From: an uncultured Candidatus Binatia bacterium
GTDB taxonomy: Bacteria > Desulfobacterota > Binatia > HRBIN30 > JACQVA1
DNA length: 64,000 nucleotides
Assembly: GCA_964648215.1 (NCBI GenBank)
Contig: CAZYMF010000004.1
Span: forward strand, 7,827-71,826
Direction: 5' to 3'
Numbering within the stretch: the first letter of the stretch is position 1; each line of letters starts with the position of its first letter. The notes beneath the pieces were generated by a model. That model was given only the letters and a program-made list of their open reading frames with translations, made no database searches and had not been told where the DNA came from. This document shows, piece by piece, positions 58,254 through 64,000 of this stretch. A program made the position numbers and the translations under genes.

Positions 58254-60581
58254 TTAGAAGGGGATCTGCGTCGGCGTCGCCGCGCGCGGATCGACGCCGT
58301 CGATCACGTCCTGCCCGTCGGCCTCGCCGTCGCCATTGGTGTCGAAGTCGCTCGGATCGGTCCCCAGCGTCTCCTCCTGGGCGTCGGTCAGCCCGTCGCC
58401 GTCGGTGTCCGTCTCGCGGCGGCAGACGAGGTCCGGCTCCGCTTCGTCACTCAATGTGTTGATCGGCGTGAGCACCGGGGGGTTCTGGGTCGTGTCGAGC
58501 GTGAAGACGTCCCAGACCGTGCCCAGGGCGTTGGGCACCAGGAACTCGGCCTGCTGCACGTTGTCGATGAAGACGCGGACGCGACCTTCCGAGTTCGCCA
58601 GGCCGTCCGACTGCGGGATGTCGGAGTCGGTATAGTCGTGGACGCAGAAGTGGTAGACGCCGGGCGCGAGCGCGTCGACGGTGCTGGTTTCCGGGCCGCT
58701 GTAGTCGGTGGCATCGATGTCCAGCGTCGCATGGCTGCCGGTGGGAAACGTAATGTCGGAATTTCTGTAGTAGGTGTGGAACTCCACCGGGCTGCCCCCG
58801 ACGTCGGTGCCCGGAGCCGGGCCGCGCAGGTGTGAGTCGAGGTCGGGCGGAGCCGGGTCAGCGCTGCCCCACGTGAGCACGATCCGCAGGAAACTGCTCC
58901 CGGGTGTCGGCGTCGTGGCCGGGCAGAGCGCCAGCGTGATGTTCTGCTCGACGTGATCGGCGTCGAGAGTCACCAGGGAGCCCGAAGATATGTAGCCCGG
59001 GGTCGAGCCGTTCACGACGTATCCGCCGAAACCGAGCGCCTCGAAGCTGAACGTGCCGTCGGCACCGGTCGTTCGCGATAGCAAACCCTGGGGCGCAACC
59101 GTCGTCACCAGCGCCCCCTCGATCGGCGTATCGGTCAGGCAATCGACCACCGTGCCGCTGATCACGGCGATCCCGGGCGTGAACGTCACGCTGGGGCTGG
59201 GCGTGGCGGTGGGGCTGGGGGTGCTGGTGGCGGTTTCGGTCAGCGTCGCCGTGCTCGTCTCCGTCGGCGTGACCATGGTGGTGTCGGTGGGCGTGACGCT
59301 CGGGGTCTCGCTCAGGGTCGGGGAGGGAGTGGCCGTGCTCGTCTCCGTCGGCGTGACCACGGTGGTGTCGGTGGGCGTGGCGCTCGGGGTCTCGCTGACG
59401 GTCGGGGAGGGAGTGGCCGTGCTCGTCTCCGTCGGCGTGATCATGGTGGTGTCGGTGGGCGTGGCGCTCGGGGTCTCGCTGACGGTCGGGGACAGGGTCG
59501 GCGTCCTCGTCTCGGTTGCCGTGATCATCGCGGTCTCGGTGAGCGTGGCGGTCGGCGTCTCGGCCTCGGTGTCCGTTGGCCTCGGTGTCGCCGTGGCGGT
59601 CTCTGTCTCGTGGGCAGTTATGGTCGGAGTGGTCGTCGCCGTCGGAGAGGGGACGGTCGGGGTCCCGGTCGGCGCGAGCGTTTGGACCACCGTCGCGCTC
59701 TGCGTCGGCATGCTCGTCGCGGTTGCGATCGTCGTTGGCGTTGCGATCGCGTTCCCCGTGGTGAAGCTGTAGGCGAACGACGGGTTTGGCAGCATCGGTT
59801 GCCCGTTCTGATCGGTCGCGCCGACCGTCACCGGGACCGAACTCCGCGGGGCAAACGCGCTGAGGATGCTGAAGTGGAAGCCGCTGATACCGCGGGGAGG
59901 GGAGACGCACGGGGTCTCGCCATTGTCGTCGCAGGAATCGAAGGTGACGGCTTGGCTCGTTGCGACGCCACCGGCGACCAGAAGTTGCTGCGTTACCGTG
60001 ACAGCGACGCTGGAGGCGGCGATCGCTCCGTCACCGATGCCGACGACGAAGGACACGCCGGCTTGCGGCGGTACATCGGTCGCTCCCGGCAGGGGCGAGA
60101 ACTCGGTGACGAACGGACGGGCGAACAGCTCCACGGTGCCGACGTCGGTGGTCCGCCCCGGCCCCACCGACGTATCGATCTCGTTGCTGGCGTATGACGG
60201 GGGCAGGGCGACGGTGTTGAGATCCGGCGGCCCGCCGAACGGAACGTCGTAGCCGAAGACGAAGATGCGCACCGGTCCGGCAGGGACGTTGTCGATGACG
60301 GCCTGGCGGGCAGCCGGATCGACGAATTGCCGAATGGTGAACGTGGGGGTCGCGACGCCTTCGATGCGCACCTCCACCGTGCGTACGGACAAGGGCAGCT
60401 CCGCGGTGGCCGCCGCCGCGTGTTGCCAGACCGCGTGCAGCGTGAGGCCGCCACTCGTGGCCGACTTGTTGCCGCCGCCGCTGCCGCCACAGCCGCTCAT
60501 CGGCAGCAGGAGCGCCAATCCAATCAAGGCGAATGCGACCGAGGCCAGGGCGGAATGTTTCCGATTCGTCGACACGACCAC
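58254..60581 (-). CDS. Large lipoprotein: Ig-like/beta N-terminal region, Thr/Pro-rich repeat linker, CarboxypepD_reg-like domain, unknown domain, C-terminal thrombospondin type-3-like Ca-binding repeats
   Basis: Signal plus lipobox (ALLLPMSGCGG). About 190 aa of T/P/S/E repeats (SETPSATPTDTTMITPTETSTATPSPTV x3 plus degenerate copies). ISGTVVDCLTDTPIEGALV...GADGTFSFE. DTDGDGLTDAQEETLGTDPSDFDTNGDGEADGQD. Confidence 0.85.
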   Translation of the reverse strand: MVVSTNRKHSALASVAFALIGLALLLPMSGCGGSGGGNKSATSGGLTLHAVWQHAAAATAELPLSVRTVEVRIEGVATPTFTIRQFVDPAARQAVIDNVPAGPVRIFVFGYDVPFGGPPDLNTVALPPSYASNEIDTSVGPGRTTDVGTVELFARPFVTEFSPLPGATDVPPQAGVSFVVGIGDGAIAASSVAVTVTQQLLVAGGVATSQAVTFDSCDDNGETPCVSPPRGISGFHFSILSAFAPRSSVPVTVGATDQNGQPMLPNPSFAYSFTTGNAIATPTTIATATSMPTQSATVVQTLAPTGTPTVPSPTATTTPTITAHETETATATPRPTDTEAETPTATLTETAMITATETRTPTLSPTVSETPSATPTDTTMITPTETSTATPSPTVSETPSATPTDTTVVTPTETSTATPSPTLSETPSVTPTDTTMVTPTETSTATLTETATSTPSPTATPSPSVTFTPGIAVISGTVVDCLTDTPIEGALVTTVAPQGLLSRTTGADGTFSFEALGFGGYVVNGSTPGYISSGSLVTLDADHVEQNITLALCPATTPTPGSSFLRIVLTWGSADPAPPDLDSHLRGPAPGTDVGGSPVEFHTYYRNSDITFPTGSHATLDIDATDYSGPETSTVDALAPGVYHFCVHDYTDSDIPQSDGLANSEGRVRVFIDNVQQAEFLVPNALGTVWDVFTLDTTQNPPVLTPINTLSDEAEPDLVCRRETDTDGDGLTDAQEETLGTDPSDFDTNGDGEADGQDVIDGVDPRAATPTQIPF
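59251..59586. repeat. 84-bp tandem repeats inside the lipoprotein gene (three near-identical units plus a degenerate one)
   Basis: The string GTGCTCGTCTCCGTCGGCGTGA... recurs at 59251, 59335 and 59419 (period exactly 84 bp), with a degenerate copy from 59503. Confidence 0.85.
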
Positions 60582-60691
60582 TCCACTTCCGCGCCGCGGA
60601 AACTCCTGGCGCTGGCAGCATATAGAGCCGGGATCTCGGCGTGGTCAAGTAGACGTACGGCGTCGGCTCGTTGCGGCCCAGTGGCTGCCGC

Positions 60692-61090
60692 TCACTCCAC
60701 CGATCCGTCCGGCGTGCACGCGATCTCCCGCAAATGGCCGTCGGGATCGGCGAAGTAGCCGGAGTAGCCGCCCCAGTCGGCGACGCGCGGCGGTTGCACG
60801 ATCTTGCCGCCGCCGGCCGCGGCCTCTTCGAGAGTCTGATCGACCTCGGCGCGCGAGCGGACGTTGTGGGCGAGGGTGATACCTGCGAAGCCGCTGCCGT
60901 CCGCCGGCACGTTGGCGTCCTTGGCCAGCAGGGGCCGCGGATACAGCCCGAGCGTCACCCCGCCGAGGCGGAAGAACGCCGCATCGGGATAGCGATCGCG
61001 CAGCGGCAGTCCGAGGCCGTCGCGGTAGAAGCGAATCGACGCGTCGAGATCGAGCACGCCGAGCGTGACGATGGTGATCCGCGGCTCCAT
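60692..61090 (-). CDS. VOC (glyoxalase) family protein
   Basis: MEPRITIVTLGVLDLDASIRFYRDGLGL ... GYSGYFADPDGHLREI. Confidence 0.85.
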   Translation of the reverse strand: MEPRITIVTLGVLDLDASIRFYRDGLGLPLRDRYPDAAFFRLGGVTLGLYPRPLLAKDANVPADGSGFAGITLAHNVRSRAEVDQTLEEAAAGGGKIVQPPRVADWGGYSGYFADPDGHLREIACTPDGSVE

Positions 61091-61290
61091 GGCGAGCTCC
61101 CCTTTCTGCGCTCCTCTATCGCGACCGGTCGCGGTGGATCAACGACGCCTGCGACGCCGCGCCGAGTAAGCCAGCCGGAGCGATGCAGTCGGTGCCAATG
61201 TGTCGAGTCCGGGTGTTGAACCCCACGCCTCGCCGTCGAGCGTCCCGGCTGACGGGAAGCGCCTCGGCGTGCTTACCGGGAAGAGACGTT

Positions 61291-61716
61291 TCAATCGAGG
61301 ACCGGCAGTGCCGTTAGTCGCGAGAAATCCCGATCATGCGTCACCAGCGCGTCTGCATTCACGGCGATGGCGCTGGCTGCCTGCACCGCGTCCGGCAGTT
61401 TGAGCTTCAGAGTGGCGCGCAGCCGTGCGGCGCCTTCCGCAATGTCCGCCGTCAGCTCGACCACGTACCAGGATTCGAGCACCGCCTTGTAACGCTCGGC
61501 GAGCGCTTCGTCGCCGACGCTGAGCGGCCCGGTGAGAACTTCGGCAATGGTGATGGTGGTGACGGCGAAGGCGATTTCCCCCCTCGCGTGGCGGTCGAAC
61601 AGTGGCCGGAAACGACGCGCGAGGGTCGGGTGGCCTTCGAGAACGTAGATGATGGGAGCGGTATCGACGAGCACCAGCGCCCCCTCGGCCAACGCCGCCG
61701 CCCCTAGTCGACCCAT
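61291..61716 (-). CDS. vapC: PIN-domain toxin (VapC type)
   Basis: ATG 61716 overlaps the antitoxin stop by 13 nt. LVLVDTAPIIYVLEG (first acidic D), ITIAEVL, LPDAVQAASAIAVNADALVTHDRDF (C-terminal acidic D). Confidence 0.8.
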   Translation of the reverse strand: MGRLGAAALAEGALVLVDTAPIIYVLEGHPTLARRFRPLFDRHARGEIAFAVTTITIAEVLTGPLSVGDEALAERYKAVLESWYVVELTADIAEGAARLRATLKLKLPDAVQAASAIAVNADALVTHDRDFSRLTALPVLD

Positions 61717-61955
61717 TCGTCGCGTAGCCGCCGCACGGTGGTCGTACTGTCGTCGCCCCACATTCCTTTGCCGGAGCCCGCCAGCGCGGTGAGCGGCATC
61801 TGTCGCGACCCCGCAACCCCTTTCACCGGAACCAGGGCCGCGACCGATCGCCCGTGGCGCGTGATGATGGTCGTCCGTCCCTTCTCCGCGTCCGCCAACA
61901 GGGAAGGCAATTGCGCACGCGCTTCCTCGGCGCCCTTCTGTTCGAGCTTTGCCAC
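61704..61955 (-). CDS. Phd/YefM-type antitoxin
   Basis: EEARAQLPSLLADAEKGRTTIITRHGRSVAALVPV is the classic Phd/YefM N-terminal fold motif. Start assigned to GTG 61955. The track N-terminal extension to 62054 is VOC-remnant sequence read in another frame. Confidence 0.7.
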   Translation of the reverse strand: MAKLEQKGAEEARAQLPSLLADAEKGRTTIITRHGRSVAALVPVKGVAGSRQMPLTALAGSGKGMWGDDSTTTVRRLRDEWVD

Positions 61956-61957
61956 TC

Positions 61958-62119
61958 CAGGACCGTACAGACCGTACGGAACGGAGTCAAGGGGGCGGAT
62001 CAAGAACGCCGCGTCGGGATGCGATCGCGCAGCGGTAGCCGGAGGCCATCGCACTAGAAGCGAATCGATCTCTCCCGGTCGCGCACGCCGAGCATGACGA
62101 CGGGGATCCGCGGCTCCAT
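61958..62119 (-). pseudogene. Decayed 5' fragment of a VOC gene, paralogous to 60935..61090
   Basis: Minus-strand translation from ATG 62119: MEPRIPVVMLGVRDRERSIRF then a stop. After a 1-nt deletion it continues in another frame as RSHPDAAFLIRP...GLYGPG (compare MEPRITIVTLGVLDLDASIRFYRDGLGLPLRDRYPDAAFFRLGG...GLYPRP). The nucleotide alignment to 60935-61090 is obvious by eye. Confidence 0.75.
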
Positions 62120-62192
62120 GGCTCGTCCCTGCCGTGCTCGCCTACTGCAACCCGTCACCGCGGAGCAAGCGTTTCCTCGCCGCTCCCGGCCG

Positions 62193-62627
62193 TCAGGGCG
62201 AAAAGCTCGTTCGCGCCAGCCCGCGCAGGGCGTTGCGGAACATGCGTGTGACGAGTGCGCGGAAGAGCCCGCCGAGGCCGGGGATGGTCGAGTCGAACTG
62301 GCAACGCCAGGTCACCAGCGTGCGGCCGTCGCGCGGTTCGAACAGCACCTCGCCAAGGTGATCCTTGAACGGGACCGCACCGCGCACGACGCGGTAGGTC
62401 ATCCGCCGCGGCGGCTCGAACGACAGCACTTCTTCGTACACTACCTTCAACCCGGCGTTGGAGAAGACTCGCACGCAGCCCACGCCGTTGGGCGACGGTG
62501 TACCTTCGCGCTCGAGGCGAACCTTGCCGAGGCCGGCCCAGTCGCTCCAGGAGACGTGATCCGTGTAGCGATCCCACACGGCTTGGGCCGGCGCGTCGAT
62601 GATCTCCGTGACCTCTACGTGCTGCAT
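62193..62627 (-). CDS. SRPBCC (START/polyketide cyclase-dehydrase-like) family protein
   Basis: VEVTEIIDAPAQAVWDRYTDHVSWSDW ... YRVVRGAVPFKDHLGEVLFEPRDGRTLVTWRCQF. Confidence 0.75.
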   Translation of the reverse strand: MQHVEVTEIIDAPAQAVWDRYTDHVSWSDWAGLGKVRLEREGTPSPNGVGCVRVFSNAGLKVVYEEVLSFEPPRRMTYRVVRGAVPFKDHLGEVLFEPRDGRTLVTWRCQFDSTIPGLGGLFRALVTRMFRNALRGLARTSFSP

Positions 62628-62752
62628 GACTCACCTCCAGCGGGGCAAAGGATGAACCATGCACGCCGAGAAGAAAAGCAGATGGGTTCGACGGGCCCGC
62701 CGATCGCAAGCAATCGCGTCGAATCGGGCGGTAGCGCAGGCCTGTCAGCGTG

Positions 62753-63901
62753 CTAGCTCAGATGGTACAGTCGCGCCGCGTTCTCGCCGAGGAGGCGCTG
62801 GCGCGTTGCGGGCGCCAGGCCGGCGCTGAGCTCGTGGAGCTCTTCCATGTAGTCGGCGCCGTGGTCGCTGTGGGGATAGTCCGTCGCCCACAGGAAGCGA
62901 TCGTCGCCGGCGTACTCGATCGTGCGCGGCAGGAAGCGCTCGTCGGGATCGGCGGAGATCCAGCACTGGCGGCGCACGTACTCGCTCGGGCACTCGCGCA
63001 GCGCCATCGTCACCCGCAGCGGACCTTTGTAGAGCGCGTCCATCCGATCCATCCAGAAGCCCAGCCAGCCGGCGCCGGACTCGAGCAGCACCAGCTTCAG
63101 GCGCGGGAAGCGATCGAAGGTGGCGAAGACGAAGAAAGTCGAGAATGCCTGCTGCACGGCCTGGGCAAACATCATCTGCAGGTACCAGATTCCCGTCAGC
63201 ACACCCTCGGGCCAGGTGAGTCCGTCGAAACGGCGGTGGAGATCGCGTGCCGGCGGATCGACGCCCGTGTGGATCGCGATCGGCACGTCGAGCTCCTGCG
63301 CCGCCGCCCACAGCGGGTCGTGCGCCGGATGGCCGTGGGGAACGCCGCTGAGCGTGAACGGTAGCACGAAGGCTCCCTTCGCCCCGGCGCGCACCGCGCG
63401 ACGAAGCTCGGCCACCGCGCCGTCGACGTCGCCGAGCGAGAGGTGCGCGATCGGCACCAGTCGCCCGCCGCTGCCGGCGCAGAACTCCTCGATCCAGCGG
63501 TTGTACGCGCGGCAGTGCGCCAGCGCGTAGCCGGCGTCGCTCACCTCCGCCTCCCACTGCAGGCCGAGACTGGGGTAGAGCAGGGCGTGGGCGATGCCGT
63601 CGCGATCGAGCAGCGCCAGGCGCGCGCCCGGATCCGTGGCCGCCGCCGGCGCGTTCTCGGCGTACTGGCCGGAGAGCGAAGCCGTGGCCAGCTCCTCGAG
63701 CGACTTCCCCATGCCGCCGAAACCGCCGAGCATCTCCGATGTCGTCAGGCGCGCCGGGTACCCGTCGATCTCCAGAAAATCGCGGCCGTCGCTGCGGCGA
63801 CGCACCCGCATCGCACGCGCCCGATAGGCCGGATCGATGTAGCGCTCCCACACGTTCCCCGGCTCGAGCACGTGCCCGTCGGCGTCGACGACGAGATCCA
63901 T
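62753..63901 (-). CDS. Amidohydrolase_2 (ACMSD-like metal-dependent hydrolase/decarboxylase) family protein
   Basis: VVDADGHVLEP, IAIHTG, LLESGAGW, FLWATDYPHSDH. Confidence 0.85.
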   Translation of the reverse strand: MDLVVDADGHVLEPGNVWERYIDPAYRARAMRVRRRSDGRDFLEIDGYPARLTTSEMLGGFGGMGKSLEELATASLSGQYAENAPAAATDPGARLALLDRDGIAHALLYPSLGLQWEAEVSDAGYALAHCRAYNRWIEEFCAGSGGRLVPIAHLSLGDVDGAVAELRRAVRAGAKGAFVLPFTLSGVPHGHPAHDPLWAAAQELDVPIAIHTGVDPPARDLHRRFDGLTWPEGVLTGIWYLQMMFAQAVQQAFSTFFVFATFDRFPRLKLVLLESGAGWLGFWMDRMDALYKGPLRVTMALRECPSEYVRRQCWISADPDERFLPRTIEYAGDDRFLWATDYPHSDHGADYMEELHELSAGLAPATRQRLLGENAARLYHLS

Positions 63902-64000
63902 CGTCCACCTGCCCTACTCCTGTTGCGCGTCGGCCGTCAACGCCCTCCCCCTTTGACCTTTCCGACTCTCTGGCTTGATTCGCCTGGTCCCCTGTGAAAC

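Overview
This is a very GC-rich bacterial chromosomal segment. Markers are ampG, murG-like, plsB, rnr, lipoprotein signals and Shine-Dalgarno sites. I saw no rRNA, tRNA, CRISPR array, transposase or integrase. Most long ORFs in the six-frame track are Arg/Ala/Gly/Pro-rich shadows on the strand opposite real genes; after removing them I support about 55 genes.

The main feature is a glycan and glycoprotein biosynthesis region from about 5.0 to 29.5 kb.

- **Locus 1 (5022-16921):** an STT3/PglB-family oligosaccharyltransferase lies next to a MurG-like GT28. An operon follows with a GlcNAc-1-P transferase, a small GT2, an ArnT/PMT-type GT-C, clear ALG1-like (GT33) and ALG2-like (GT4) mannosyltransferases, and an MsbA/PglK-type ABC exporter. 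Gene for gene this mirrors the eukaryotic/archaeal dolichol-linked N-glycan pathway. It is my top candidate for an undescribed system.
- **Locus 2 (19244-29528):** an SDR epimerase/dehydratase, a phosphodiesterase-family enzyme, three GT4s, a second atypical phospho-sugar transferase, and a 1001-aa Wzy_C (O-antigen ligase / O-oligosaccharyltransferase type) protein fused to TPR repeats.

The rest of the window holds housekeeping and accessory metabolism: plsB, a HAD-PlsC fusion, a class III cyclase, RNase R, an RRM protein, two orphan histidine kinases, patatin and several oxidoreductases.

Other structures worth a second look:

- A 9-bp tandem array forms a perfect 21-23 bp hairpin inside the overlapping 3' ends of the STT3 and murG-like genes.
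- Three arrays of an 8-bp TGAxTCAG-type repeat sit at gene ends.
- A 165-bp element is bounded by inverted hairpin repeats.
- A Thr/Pro-rich mucin-like lipoprotein carries 84-bp tandem repeats.
- A PIN/Phd toxin-antitoxin pair is embedded in a duplicated, decayed VOC gene.

All family calls come from motif recognition by eye. No database search was run.
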